Assembly (NCBI GenBank): GCA_017504245.1 | Contig: JAFVRQ010000051.1 | Coordinates: 23,456 to 87,455 of the forward strand | Reading direction: 5' to 3' | Source: Clostridia bacterium | GTDB lineage: Bacteria; Bacillota; Clostridia; Oscillospirales; CAG-272 | DNA: 64,000 nt | Notes under the pieces: model-generated | What the model saw: the letters and a program-made list of their open reading frames with translations, nothing else | Told to the model about the DNA's origin: nothing | The model's database searches: none | Program-made: the position numbers and the translations under genes | In this document: positions 1 to 9,696 of the stretch, in pieces | Layout: each line of letters begins with the position of its first letter | How positions within the stretch are numbered: position 1 is the stretch's first letter

Positions 1-61
1 TGCAGTTGATTTTATGATAGCTAAAGAGCAAAAAGATGACGATCAGATTGAAATTCTTTAA
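1..61 (+). CDS. 3' end of an unidentified CDS (starts before the window)
   Basis: Frame 2 is open from the window edge to TAA at 59-61 (AVDFMIAKEQKDDDQIEIL*) and is followed by a hairpin. Too short to name. Confidence 0.3.
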   Translation, partial: AVDFMIAKEQKDDDQIEIL

Positions 62-71
62 TTAACAAAAC

Positions 72-103
72 TGAGCCCTCAAAATGAGGGCTCTATTTTT
101 ATT
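72..103. terminator. Bidirectional rho-independent terminator
   Basis: Stem TGAGCCCTC / GAGGGCTC with loop AAAAT. A-run before and T-run after. Lies between convergent gene ends. Confidence 0.6.
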
Positions 104-830
104 GGTTTTTCATTTGGCGAAGGAATAGATATATCGCTATTACAATTATGATTATTGCATAGGCGAGCACCCAAATAAGATGAGGTAAAACATTAGAATA
201 GTTACCCGAAATAACCGCTCTTTGCATCTCTACCGAGTGAACGAATGGCAGGGCGTATGATATTTTCTTGAATGCGCCTCCGACAAGCTCAAGATCAAAC
301 CAAATCCCCGAAAACCAAGCCGAAAGATTAGTTAATAACGCGCCGCATATTCCACCGACCTGCTTATCGTTAAGCACGCTTCCGCAAAGAAGTCCTATAC
401 CAATATACAAAAGTGCGATGGGGATCAGGAGTAACAAGGATAGTATTATATTTATGCTAATCTCAAGACCGAGTATTATTGCAAAAATATAGGTGGCTAT
501 TCCCTCTGCTATTGCAATGGGTATTAACGGAATTGTGTATCCGAAAATGAAATCCTTCGGCTTCATTGGAGTTGTGTACAGACGGTGCATAAAGCTGCTT
601 TGTCTGTCTTTTGAAATTAAGGTTGCTGAAAACAAGCTCATAAATGCAAGTCCAAATACTGCAATTCCCGGTGATAGATGTTCTATTTCAAACATACTGA
701 CGGGGATATTGGCTTGGATTGCGCTTAACAAAAGCAATAGCACCACGGGAAATCCGAATAGAAAGCAAAGATTTAATGGATCGCGTATGATTTCCTTGAA
801 ATTTCTTTTTGCAAAGGTTAACATTCTCAT
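99..830 (-). CDS. ABC-2 type exporter permease
   Basis: About six hydrophobic helices. Start moved to MRMLTFAKRNFKEIIRDPLNL, which gives an ATGA overlap with the upstream ATPase stop. ABC-2 permease-like N-terminus. Confidence 0.8.
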   Translation of the reverse strand: MRMLTFAKRNFKEIIRDPLNLCFLFGFPVVLLLLLSAIQANIPVSMFEIEHLSPGIAVFGLAFMSLFSATLISKDRQSSFMHRLYTTPMKPKDFIFGYTIPLIPIAIAEGIATYIFAIILGLEISINIILSLLLLIPIALLYIGIGLLCGSVLNDKQVGGICGALLTNLSAWFSGIWFDLELVGGAFKKISYALPFVHSVEMQRAVISGNYSNVLPHLIWVLAYAIIIIVIAIYLFLRQMKNQ

Positions 831-1555
831 TTTTCTGCCTCCTTTACAACTTTGATAAATGCTTTTTCTATGGTTTCTTCGTTTGTTTGCGATTTTATGG
901 CTTTTGGAGTGTCGCAAATAAGAAGCTTTCCGTTTTTCATAATTCCGATTCGGTCTGAAAGCTCCTCAGCTTCTTCCATATAGTGCGTCGTTAATATGAT
1001 TGTAATCTTGCCTTTTAAAGCATTTATTATATCCCAAAGATCGCTTCGGGCGATAACATCGAGTCCCAAGGTGGGCTCATCAAGGAATAGAATTCTGGGT
1101 TCGCTGATTAGTGCCATAGCTATACTGAGACGGCGCGCATATCCGCCCGAAAGCTTGCTTGCTTTTTTCTTTTTAACACTATCTAACGATAATAAGCTGA
1201 TTAATTCGTTTATTTTAGAATTGGATTTTTCTTTAGAAAAACCGTAAATTCCGCAAATCAGTTCAAGATTTTCATAAACCGTTAATGCAGGTGCTACCGC
1301 TGTTTCTTGGGGTGATACCGCTATTATCGATTTTACTTCACTTGCATCTGATTTAATGCTTTTGCCGAGCAAAAAAGCATCTCCGCTTGTTGCTTGTGTT
1401 AAGCAAGAGAGCATTTTTATGGTTGTTGTTTTTCCTGCTCCGTTTACACCGAGCAAGGAAAACAGTTCGCCCTCGTTAATTGTGAGATTTAAATTATCTA
1501 CTGCAACGAGGTCTTTATATTTTTTAGTCAACCCTTCAATTTTGATTGCTATCAT
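827..1555 (-). CDS. ABC transporter ATP-binding protein (ABC-2/DrrA-like)
   Basis: Walker A GVNGAGKTT, signature LSGGYARRL, Walker B ILFLDEPT. GGAGG RBS. Confidence 0.9.
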   Translation of the reverse strand: MIAIKIEGLTKKYKDLVAVDNLNLTINEGELFSLLGVNGAGKTTTIKMLSCLTQATSGDAFLLGKSIKSDASEVKSIIAVSPQETAVAPALTVYENLELICGIYGFSKEKSNSKINELISLLSLDSVKKKKASKLSGGYARRLSIAMALISEPRILFLDEPTLGLDVIARSDLWDIINALKGKITIILTTHYMEEAEELSDRIGIMKNGKLLICDTPKAIKSQTNEETIEKAFIKVVKEAEK

Positions 1556-2117
1556 TTAAATCCTCCTTTTTGTATTTAGAAATAATTCCTAGATATACAT
1601 CGCTTGTGATTTGGCTGATAACCTCCCAATCAAGCGGCATAAATGAGGTTGCGAGCATTGTTCCTATACCGTGTACGCAGGTCCACATTTCAAGGTGGAT
1701 TAACTCTGCAGTTTCATATGTTACATTGTTTGCTTTCATAATAAGCTGAACGGATTCCTCGAAGTCAGGTGATATTGAAATATCCTCCTCGGTTCTGTCG
1801 CGCATAAATAGGAGCTTAAAAAGCTCTTTTTCTTCCTTTGCAAAGCGGATATACGCCATACCGAATGATTTATACATTGGATATTTGCCGTTTTCTATCT
1901 CATTTTTGATGAAGGATAGGTATAATTTATAGGCGGTTTTTATAGTTGCCTCCTCAAGGTCCTCCATACTTGAGAAGTTGGAAAAGATTGGCTGAGTTGA
2001 GCAGCTTAACGATGAAGCGATTGCCCTTGCGTTAATTGACGCAGCGCCGCTCGTTCTTACTAAATTTATCGTTGTTTTAATGATTTCTTCTTTTGTTATT
2101 CTTGCTTTGGGTGGCAT
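1536..2117 (-). CDS. TetR/AcrR family transcriptional regulator
   Basis: N-terminal HTH region (ITKEEIIKTTINLVRTSGAASINARAIASSLSCSTQPIFSNF). Start set at MPPKAR, which follows AAGGAGA. Overlaps the ABC ATPase start by 20 nt. Confidence 0.8.
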   Translation of the reverse strand: MPPKARITKEEIIKTTINLVRTSGAASINARAIASSLSCSTQPIFSNFSSMEDLEEATIKTAYKLYLSFIKNEIENGKYPMYKSFGMAYIRFAKEEKELFKLLFMRDRTEEDISISPDFEESVQLIMKANNVTYETAELIHLEMWTCVHGIGTMLATSFMPLDWEVISQITSDVYLGIISKYKKEDLNDSNQN

Positions 2118-2234
2118 AGCTTTCTCCTTAAATAACATTTGTTATATAACTGTTGTTATTTTAACACAATTATTCTCTTTTGTCAAGCACTTAAATAAAA
2201 AAATACGAGAACTTTTCAGTCCTCGTATCATTTT

Positions 2235-3737
2235 TTAATGGTTATAAATTTTTAAGTATTTTTCTTCAAGGTAATTTGTGAAGTAATTGGGATCAAAATC
2301 CTCTCCGAGAGCATTTTTGAGAAGCTCATCGGGGTTTTTGAGGCAACCGTATTTCCAGATGTGTTCTCTGTTCCATTCGTTGATGGGAGCAAAATTGCCC
2401 TCTGCAAGACATTTTTCAACGTCAACCTCTTCTCTCATTTTGTGAAGAAGGTGCGCTCCGTAAGCAGAGCCGAGTGCGTAGGATGGGAAATATCCAACAC
2501 TACCGCCCGACCAGTGACTATCCTGAAGGACGCCTTCTCTATCGTTTGGAACGTCAACACCGAGATATTCTTTATAAAGCTTTTTCCATTCGGTTGCGAG
2601 GTCCTTTACCTCAAGCATTCCGCTCATAACTCTCTTTTCAAGCTCATAACGTACCATTACGTGCAAGGCGTAGGTTACCTCGTCAGCCTCGGTGCGAATG
2701 AGCGAGGGGGTTACAAGGTTGATTGCGCGGTAGAGGTCTTGCGCGGTATATCCCTTCATCTGCTCGGGAAAACACTCGCATACCTTTGGGAATACATAAT
2801 TAACAAATGCATCACTTCTGCCAAGTAAATTTTCGTAAAAACGGCTTTGGCTTTCGTGTATGCCCATTGATACGCCGCCGTCAAGATAAGTATAGGCAAA
2901 ATCATCGGCAACGTTCATTTCATAGAGCGCGTGACCGCCCTCGTGGATAACGCTGAACATTGAGGAAGAAAAGTTTGCTTTATCATAATTTGTTGTAATT
3001 CTTACGTCATAGTGTGATCCGATGCTTGTGGTGAATGGATGCTCGGTTGTTCCAAGTCCGCAAATGCCGAGGTCAATTCCCATAATTTTCATAAGCTCAA
3101 GGGAGAATTTTTCCTGCGCAAGCTCGTCGAAATCACCGTGGATGCAGGAATCGTCAACCTGCTTGGCTTCTCCGATTTTTTTGATAAGGGGTACTATCTT
3201 TTTCTTTAACGTTGCAAAAAATTCATCGCATTTTTCCATCGTTAAGCCCTTTTCGTATTGATCAAGCCAATAATCGTATGGGTGCATTTCGGGAGCGCAA
3301 TAGTACGCGAACTTCTTGTTGCATTCAAAGATCTGCTCAAGATATGGGAGGAAAAGGTTGAAATCGTCGGTTTCCTTTGCGGTGTGCCAAACATCACCTG
3401 CGTTGACGAGTAATTCTTGGTATGCTATATACTCTTCAATAGGTATTTTTTTCATTTCCTTCATTCCCTTGCAGGCAAGGTAAACTATTCTCTGCTCTTT
3501 TTCCTCAAGCTCTTCCTTATGCGCGTCGAGAAATTCAAGCATTTCAACAGTTTCCTCGTTTGTTGTGAGATTATACATCTCCTCACTCAAAATTCCGAGA
3601 GTATGCGCTCGATTACCGGCAGTTTTCTTAGGTGCGACGGTTGAGCCGTCATAATAAATAATGGACATTGCGTGATTATATGCGCTGAGCTTATTTTGCC
3701 AAGCGTATAATTTTGTAATAGCTTCTTTTAAATTCAT
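2235..3737 (-). CDS. Carboxypeptidase Taq-type metallopeptidase (M32)
   Basis: HEGGHALYE zinc motif, IHESQSRFYEN, and GVLQDSHWSGGSVGYFPSYALG, all typical of the M32 family. Confidence 0.9.
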   Translation of the reverse strand: MNLKEAITKLYAWQNKLSAYNHAMSIIYYDGSTVAPKKTAGNRAHTLGILSEEMYNLTTNEETVEMLEFLDAHKEELEEKEQRIVYLACKGMKEMKKIPIEEYIAYQELLVNAGDVWHTAKETDDFNLFLPYLEQIFECNKKFAYYCAPEMHPYDYWLDQYEKGLTMEKCDEFFATLKKKIVPLIKKIGEAKQVDDSCIHGDFDELAQEKFSLELMKIMGIDLGICGLGTTEHPFTTSIGSHYDVRITTNYDKANFSSSMFSVIHEGGHALYEMNVADDFAYTYLDGGVSMGIHESQSRFYENLLGRSDAFVNYVFPKVCECFPEQMKGYTAQDLYRAINLVTPSLIRTEADEVTYALHVMVRYELEKRVMSGMLEVKDLATEWKKLYKEYLGVDVPNDREGVLQDSHWSGGSVGYFPSYALGSAYGAHLLHKMREEVDVEKCLAEGNFAPINEWNREHIWKYGCLKNPDELLKNALGEDFDPNYFTNYLEEKYLKIYNH

Positions 3738-3746
3738 AGTATCTCC

Positions 3747-4826
3747 TTATGCACAATAAGTGCTGTCAATATAGTATTTTTTATCAAAATAGATGAATGC
3801 AACCTCAACGTATTCGATGCTGATGCTTTCTGCTTTAGCCGTGTAGAGATTCTTTCTTATTACTTCAACGTATGGAGTGGGATTATAATCGTATTTGCTC
3901 GAAATCGTGCCTCCGCCCGTTATATTACCAAACATTTCTCCCCAACCGCCTTCATAGTTGAGGTATTCTTGGAAATCGTTATAGTGGTTATATGTATAGA
4001 AAAGGTATTTTTCGTTTATGTCTATGATTTTATCGCCGTTTTTATCGTATCGGGTGTAAACGATGCGCGCAGCACCGCGGGTAATTTTCGTGCCGTTGTT
4101 GTAAATTGTTGGAGTATAATCCGGATCACAATCCGTGCCCGTTGTTCCGATGTCGATTTCATAATAGTCAAGCTCTCCGCCGCATCCCGAAATATCGGGA
4201 AGCTCGGGCTCATAGGGATATTTTGAAGTGTTGCCTGAAAAATAAGTATTATTTACTCTTAAGTATTTTCCCCACGGGCTACTTGTGGGCTCGGCTTTTT
4301 TATTTGAATCGTAATTAGCAGGAATTTCGCCAAATGCGAACACATAAGCAGCTACCTCTTCGAGGGTGACGTATGCTGCTCCCTTATAGATTTTATTAAC
4401 GATGTTTCCTTCTGCATCAATTACGTAATAGATATTTCCATCTGATGAATAAAGATCGCTTGTGTTACGAATGAATAGCCCGTTTTCCATCGGTTGTTTT
4501 TCTGCAAGCGTTGGTTCTTGTTCTTGAGCTTCGATCAAGCCCGACATAAAGTAGTGTTGTGTTCTATAGTATGCGTCCCAATAGCTCGTGGCGGGAGTAT
4601 AGTTAGCATAAAACTCCGCTTCTGTTATGTTTGCGTATGGATCGGTTTCCGGCTTTTCGGTAACGTCAGCATCCGGGTCGAAGTTAATTACTTCATTTGA
4701 GGTCGTTGTGGTTGATTGGGTTGGAATTGACGTTGAATTTGACGTGCTCTCGCCCGCAAAAGAATAGCAGGAAACGAGCAAGCTCATTATCACAAGCAAC
4801 GGCAGAATTGATCTTAAAAGCTTCAT
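3747..4826 (-). CDS. Secreted lipoprotein with C-terminal barnase/N1-T1-type ribonuclease domain
   Basis: Signal peptide with lipobox (LLVSC). The C-terminal half aligns with barnase blocks: VAAYVFAFGEIPANY (cf. VADYLQTYHKLPDNY), YYEIDIG (WREADI), RGAARIVYT (RNSDRILYS), YTYNHYNDF (TTDHYQTF). Confidence 0.6.
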   Translation of the reverse strand: MKLLRSILPLLVIMSLLVSCYSFAGESTSNSTSIPTQSTTTTSNEVINFDPDADVTEKPETDPYANITEAEFYANYTPATSYWDAYYRTQHYFMSGLIEAQEQEPTLAEKQPMENGLFIRNTSDLYSSDGNIYYVIDAEGNIVNKIYKGAAYVTLEEVAAYVFAFGEIPANYDSNKKAEPTSSPWGKYLRVNNTYFSGNTSKYPYEPELPDISGCGGELDYYEIDIGTTGTDCDPDYTPTIYNNGTKITRGAARIVYTRYDKNGDKIIDINEKYLFYTYNHYNDFQEYLNYEGGWGEMFGNITGGGTISSKYDYNPTPYVEVIRKNLYTAKAESISIEYVEVAFIYFDKKYYIDSTYCA

Positions 4827-4949
4827 ATTTTCTCCTAAAAATTGTTTTCGTTTTATTATATCATATTTTTTTTCATTTGAAAAGAGATTTTAGTTGAAAA
4901 ATTTTTATTTTTATGATATTATATAGTTAGTAAAGCAAAGGAGATTTTT

Positions 4950-5702
4950 ATGAAGTTTATTTCTTGGAACGTTAACGGCTTCAGAGCTTGTTTAAATAAG
5001 GGATTTGGTGATTTTTTTAAAAAAGAGGATGCGGATTTCTTCTCTATTCAGGAATCAAAAATGCAGCCCGGACAGGTGGAATTTGAAACGCCCAATCATT
5101 ATCAATATTGGTATAGCGCGGAGAAAAAGGGCTATAGCGGAACGGCAGTTTTTGCAAAGCGTGAGCCGATTTCGGTAAAATATGGGCTCGGAATTGATGA
5201 GCACGATCACGAGGGGCGAGCAATTACGCTTGAATATGAGAATTTTTATCTTTTGAACGTATATACTCCTAACTCACAAAGAGAGTTGACACGACTTGAT
5301 TACAGAATGTCCTGGGAGGATGCGCTCAGAAATTATATGATCGAGCTTGACAAGGTTAAACCCGTGATTTATTGCGGAGATTTGAACGTGGCGCACGAGG
5401 AGATTGACCTTAAAAATCCCAAAACCAATCACTTCTCTGCCGGATTTACCGATGAGGAGAGAGGTAAGTTTAGTGAGCTTTTAGCAAGCGGATTTTCGGA
5501 CTCGTTCCGTTCGCTTTATCCCGACAAGGTAGATTATTCTTGGTGGAGCTATATGTTCCAGGCAAGACAGAAGAACGTTGGTTGGAGAATTGACTATTTT
5601 GTGGTTTCAAATCGTATTTTAGACAAGGTAAAGGAATCAAAAATACACACAGAGATTATGGGTAGTGATCATTGCCCCGTGTCTATTGAGATTGATATTT
5701 AA
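4950..5702 (+). CDS. xth: Exodeoxyribonuclease III
   Basis: MKFISWNVNGFRA..., QESK, GDLNVAHEEIDL and SDHCPV are hallmark ExoIII/AP-endonuclease motifs. AAAGGAGA RBS. Confidence 0.95.
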   Translation: MKFISWNVNGFRACLNKGFGDFFKKEDADFFSIQESKMQPGQVEFETPNHYQYWYSAEKKGYSGTAVFAKREPISVKYGLGIDEHDHEGRAITLEYENFYLLNVYTPNSQRELTRLDYRMSWEDALRNYMIELDKVKPVIYCGDLNVAHEEIDLKNPKTNHFSAGFTDEERGKFSELLASGFSDSFRSLYPDKVDYSWWSYMFQARQKNVGWRIDYFVVSNRILDKVKESKIHTEIMGSDHCPVSIEIDI

Positions 5703-5800
5703 AAGATAAAGGTCTGTCTCATTTAGCGCAGAACAAAAGCCACTGAAATAAAAATATGAAAAATTCACGATTTTTAGTGTGTAAATTTCTCATAAAGTTG

Positions 5801-5829
5801 AAAACCGCCGATTTTTTGTCGGCGGTTTT
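5801..5829. terminator. Bidirectional rho-independent terminator (xth / tdk)
   Basis: AAAACCGCCGA-TTTTTTG-TCGGCGGTTTT, with A/T runs on both sides, between convergent genes. Confidence 0.7.
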
Positions 5830-5898
5830 CTCCATTTTTATGTGGCTTTTTAGCCGCGAATTCGTCCTCTGCATCTAACTGAGACAGCCCCTTTAATT

Positions 5899-6468
5899 CT
5901 ATTCTTGGGTTGCCTTTTTCCAGCAGGCGTGGCACATTGCAACGTAGGAGTCGTTGCCACCAATGAGGATTTGTCCTCCCTTGGTTACTACCTTACCGTT
6001 GCCGTCAATTCTTGCGTTTACAACGGCTTTTTTACCGCAGGTGCAGATGGTTTTTATCTCGGAAATTGAATCTGCAACCTCGAAAAGGCGGTGGCTTCCT
6101 TCAAAGGTATGTGTCAAGAAATCGGTGCGTAGTCCAAAGCAAAGCACGGGAATTTCAAGCTCGTCAACTATTCTGCGAAGCTGGTCGATTTGTGCGCGCG
6201 TGAAGAACTGACATTCGTCAGCAATAATTGCGTGGGTGCTTACGTGACTTTTGAATTCCTCAAAAATATCCATATCGGGAGTAATTATCTGCGCTCTTTG
6301 TTCAAGTCCTATTCTTGAACGGATTATATCCGCTCCGTCGCGGTCATCGATTGAGGGTTTAATAAGCCAAACTCTCATTCCTCTTTCTTCGTAATTGAAT
6401 TTAGTGATGAGTGCGTTTGCGGTTTTTGATGAGCCCATTGCTCCGTATTTGAAATATAATTTAGCCAT
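5899..6468 (-). CDS. tdk: Thymidine kinase
   Basis: P-loop GAMGSSKT and C-terminal zinc-ribbon cysteines (CTCGKKA...CHAC). Typical length for the family. Confidence 0.95.
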   Translation of the reverse strand: MAKLYFKYGAMGSSKTANALITKFNYEERGMRVWLIKPSIDDRDGADIIRSRIGLEQRAQIITPDMDIFEEFKSHVSTHAIIADECQFFTRAQIDQLRRIVDELEIPVLCFGLRTDFLTHTFEGSHRLFEVADSISEIKTICTCGKKAVVNARIDGNGKVVTKGGQILIGGNDSYVAMCHACWKKATQE

Positions 6469-6470
6469 TT

Positions 6471-7697
6471 TCAGTTCCTTTCAGCATAGGTTGCGTTAAT
6501 TATTATTCTTTCAACGATTTCAACCACCTTATGAAGTGATTGAACGGAGAGATATTCAAATCTTGAGTGGAAATTTTCACCGCCCGTGCAGATATTGGGG
6601 CAAGGCAATCCCATAAACGAAAGGCGCGCGCCGTCAGTACCGCCGCGAATGGGCATAATTATCGGTTTAACTCCAACCTGCTCCATTGCTTCAACTGCTC
6701 TGTCAATCGTGTACATATGTTGGTCGATTATTTCCTTCATATTGAAGTAGGAATCCTTGACGGTTGCTACGCAAGAGCCCTCACCGTATTTTTCATTGAG
6801 CTTTTGTACACATTCAAGCAAAAGCGCTTTTTTATCGTTGAATTTATTAATATCGTGGTCGCGGATTATATAAACGATGGTTGCGCTCTCACATTCACCG
6901 CTCATCTCTATAAGGTGGAAAAAGCCCTCATATCCTTCGGTTTTAGCAGGAATTTCATCCGCAGGCAAAAGCGCATTGAAATCCATTGCCATAAGGGATG
7001 CGTTCTTCATTTTGTCCTTTGCGGAGCCGGGGTGAATGGAAACTCCGTTGAATTTAACTACAGCGGATGCAGCATTGAAGTTTTCGTATTCTATTTCACC
7101 TAAAGAGCCGCCGTCAACCGTATAAGCATAGTCACAACCGAATTTTTCAACGTCGAAGTGGTCTGCTCCGCGTCCGATTTCTTCGTCGGGAGTAAAGCAA
7201 ATTCTTATTTTACCGTGAGGAACACCGCTATTTATAATATTCTCAACCGCAGAAACAATAGCACATACGCCTGCTTTATCGTCTGCGCCGAGAAGCGTTG
7301 TACCGTCGGTTACAATAAGGTCATCACCAACATATTTATTGAGTGATGGATATTCCTCATTAGTGAGGTAAATTCCCTTTTCTTCGTTTAAGCAAATATC
7401 GTTTCCGTCATATTTAACTATTTTTGTTTTGATCGGATAATCGGGACACGCATCACTTGTGTCAACGTGTGCTACAAGTCCGAGAGTGACAGTTGAATTT
7501 TCAACGTTTGCAGGTAAAGTAGCGTATAGGTATCCCTTTTCATCAAGCTCTACGTCCCTAAGTCCGAGAGCTATAAGCTCCTCTGCAATAGCGCGACTTA
7601 ATACAAGCTGTTTTTCTGTGCTTGGCACAGTCTCACTCGTTTCATCACTCATTGTTGGGTATGAAACATATTTCAAAAATCTATCTGTAGCTTTCAT
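6471..7697 (-). CDS. pepT: Peptidase T (tripeptide aminopeptidase, M20B)
   Basis: RFLKYVSYPTMSDE start, HVDT, GADDKAG, and TPDEEIG...GGTDGA blocks. Start set at MKATDRF, which follows GGAGG. Confidence 0.9.
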   Translation of the reverse strand: MKATDRFLKYVSYPTMSDETSETVPSTEKQLVLSRAIAEELIALGLRDVELDEKGYLYATLPANVENSTVTLGLVAHVDTSDACPDYPIKTKIVKYDGNDICLNEEKGIYLTNEEYPSLNKYVGDDLIVTDGTTLLGADDKAGVCAIVSAVENIINSGVPHGKIRICFTPDEEIGRGADHFDVEKFGCDYAYTVDGGSLGEIEYENFNAASAVVKFNGVSIHPGSAKDKMKNASLMAMDFNALLPADEIPAKTEGYEGFFHLIEMSGECESATIVYIIRDHDINKFNDKKALLLECVQKLNEKYGEGSCVATVKDSYFNMKEIIDQHMYTIDRAVEAMEQVGVKPIIMPIRGGTDGARLSFMGLPCPNICTGGENFHSRFEYLSVQSLHKVVEIVERIIINATYAERN

Positions 7698-7852
7698 AAA
7701 TACCTCCATATAGTTATCTTTATTCAATTATAACACATTTTTATTTTTCGGGCAATAGCAAATTTAAACAAAATAAAAATTATTTCTTTACAAATACTAA
7801 AGTATGTGATATAATTATTATGTATTTTTATGTAAATTTTATGGAGGCGGAT

Positions 7853-8389
7853 ATGAGCTATATTTTAACCTATCAAAAAAAGGAGTTTTATCCCCTTGAT
7901 CCGAGGTCAAAGGATATTGATATTATTGATATAGCGCATGCGCTTTCTTTGCTTTGCAGGGCTAACGGTCATTTTAAGCACTTTTATTCGGTGGGGCTTC
8001 ACTCGCTTAACTGCGCTTATGAAGCTCTAGCTCGCGGATATTCTGAAAACGTTGTGTTGGGTTGTCTTCTTCACGACGGAAGCGAGGCATATCTTGCCGA
8101 TATTACCCGCCCTGTTAAAAAGCATTTGCAGAAATATCTTGAGATTGAGAAGGTTCTTCAAGCCAAGATTTTTGAAAAATGGGTTCCCTCTCTTTCAGAC
8201 GAGGAAAAGAAGCTCGTTTTCGAGATCGACGATGCTATTCTTTATTATGAGTTCATTGAGTTGTTTGGCGAGAAGATATTTGATTACGTTCCCACTCTCA
8301 ACTCAAAGCCGAGATTTGAATATATTGAATTTTCAGAGGTGGAAAATGAATTTTTATCTTTATTCAATCAACTAATTGCTGAAAGCTAA
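7853..8389 (+). CDS. HD-domain phosphohydrolase
   Basis: HSLN...LLHDGSEAYLADITRPVK (H...HD...D pattern). Start at MSYILTY, which follows GGAGG. Confidence 0.6.
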   Translation: MSYILTYQKKEFYPLDPRSKDIDIIDIAHALSLLCRANGHFKHFYSVGLHSLNCAYEALARGYSENVVLGCLLHDGSEAYLADITRPVKKHLQKYLEIEKVLQAKIFEKWVPSLSDEEKKLVFEIDDAILYYEFIELFGEKIFDYVPTLNSKPRFEYIEFSEVENEFLSLFNQLIAES

Positions 8390-8400
8390 AGGATTAATAA

Positions 8401-9684
8401 ATGAAGGATATAAAAAGATTTAAATGGTTTAAGCTTGACAACGCAGCAAAGATCTACCCTGCCTCGCATAGCAGATCGTGGAGCAATTTGTTCCGTCTTT
8501 CCGCAACGCTTTACGAGGACGTAGATCTTAAGGTGCTTGAGCAAGCTGTTAAAAATACTATACCTCGCTTTCCAAGTATGGCTGCTAAGCTAAAGCAAGG
8601 ATTGTTTTGGTATTATCTTCAGCCGGTGGATGAGCCGCCTGCAATTTTGGCGGAATACAGCTATCCACTCGCGCATATGACGAAAAAGGAAATGAGAGAA
8701 TGCGCTTTTCGTGTTATTGTTTACAGAAAACGCATTGCCGTTGAATTTTTTCACGCATTGACCGACGGTACGGGCGGATTGATTTTTCTTAAAACTCTTG
8801 TAGCTGAATATCTTGAATTGAAGCACGAAATTGAAATTCCCTGCGAGTTCGGTATTCTATCGCGCAAGGAACGCCCGAAGCACTATGAGACCGAGGATAG
8901 CTTTCTTAAAAATGCGGCTTCCGTTAAGGAAACTCGCAAGGATACGAATGCTTGGCATATTGACGGTACTCCCGAGCCCGATGCTTTTTTGAATATTACA
9001 AATTTTCAGATGTCCTCTGATAAAATATGGCATCTTGCTCACGAAAAGAACGTTTCAGTTAACACTTACTTAACCGCTGTAATGATGAAGGCAATTTTAA
9101 ATCTTCAGTTGGAATTAATTAAAAATCCTAAAAAATACAAGCCCGTTAAGGTGCTTGTGCCGATTAATTTAAGACCTATTTTTAACAGTAAAACATTAAG
9201 AAATTTTGCGCTTTATACTATTCCTGAGTTGGATCCGAGACTTGGCTACTATACCCTTGATGAAATTATTAATATAGTTCATCACAAGGTTGGTACTTAT
9301 GCAACGCAGAAGAATATGTCGAAAATGATTCAAACCAACGTTGCCGATGAAAAGCTTTTAATATTGAGGATAGTTCCCCTCTTTGTTAAAAATTTCGTTA
9401 TGAAAATGGTATTTAATTCGGTTGGAGAGAAAAAATCCTGCCTGAGCTTTTCAAATCTTGGACAGGTGAGATTGCCCGAAATAATGAGAAAATACATTGA
9501 AAGGGTTGATTTTATTCTCGGTCCGCAGGCGCAAGCCCCCTACAACTGCAGTTCATATACCTACAGAGATATTCTTAACGTTACTTTCTCGCGCGATATT
9601 AAGGAAGCGCGCCTTGAAACCTACTTCTTCCGTGAGCTTCAGGCACTTGGAATTGAAGTAACGGTTCAATCAAATCAAAGATAG
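8401..9684 (+). CDS. Condensation/alcohol-acetyltransferase-like acyltransferase
   Basis: Active-site-like FHALTDGTGG (HxxxDG motif of the CAT/condensation/WS-DGAT superfamily). About 430 aa, no signal peptide. Confidence 0.6.
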   Translation: MKDIKRFKWFKLDNAAKIYPASHSRSWSNLFRLSATLYEDVDLKVLEQAVKNTIPRFPSMAAKLKQGLFWYYLQPVDEPPAILAEYSYPLAHMTKKEMRECAFRVIVYRKRIAVEFFHALTDGTGGLIFLKTLVAEYLELKHEIEIPCEFGILSRKERPKHYETEDSFLKNAASVKETRKDTNAWHIDGTPEPDAFLNITNFQMSSDKIWHLAHEKNVSVNTYLTAVMMKAILNLQLELIKNPKKYKPVKVLVPINLRPIFNSKTLRNFALYTIPELDPRLGYYTLDEIINIVHHKVGTYATQKNMSKMIQTNVADEKLLILRIVPLFVKNFVMKMVFNSVGEKKSCLSFSNLGQVRLPEIMRKYIERVDFILGPQAQAPYNCSSYTYRDILNVTFSRDIKEARLETYFFRELQALGIEVTVQSNQR

Positions 9685-9696
9685 GAGGTAAAAAAT

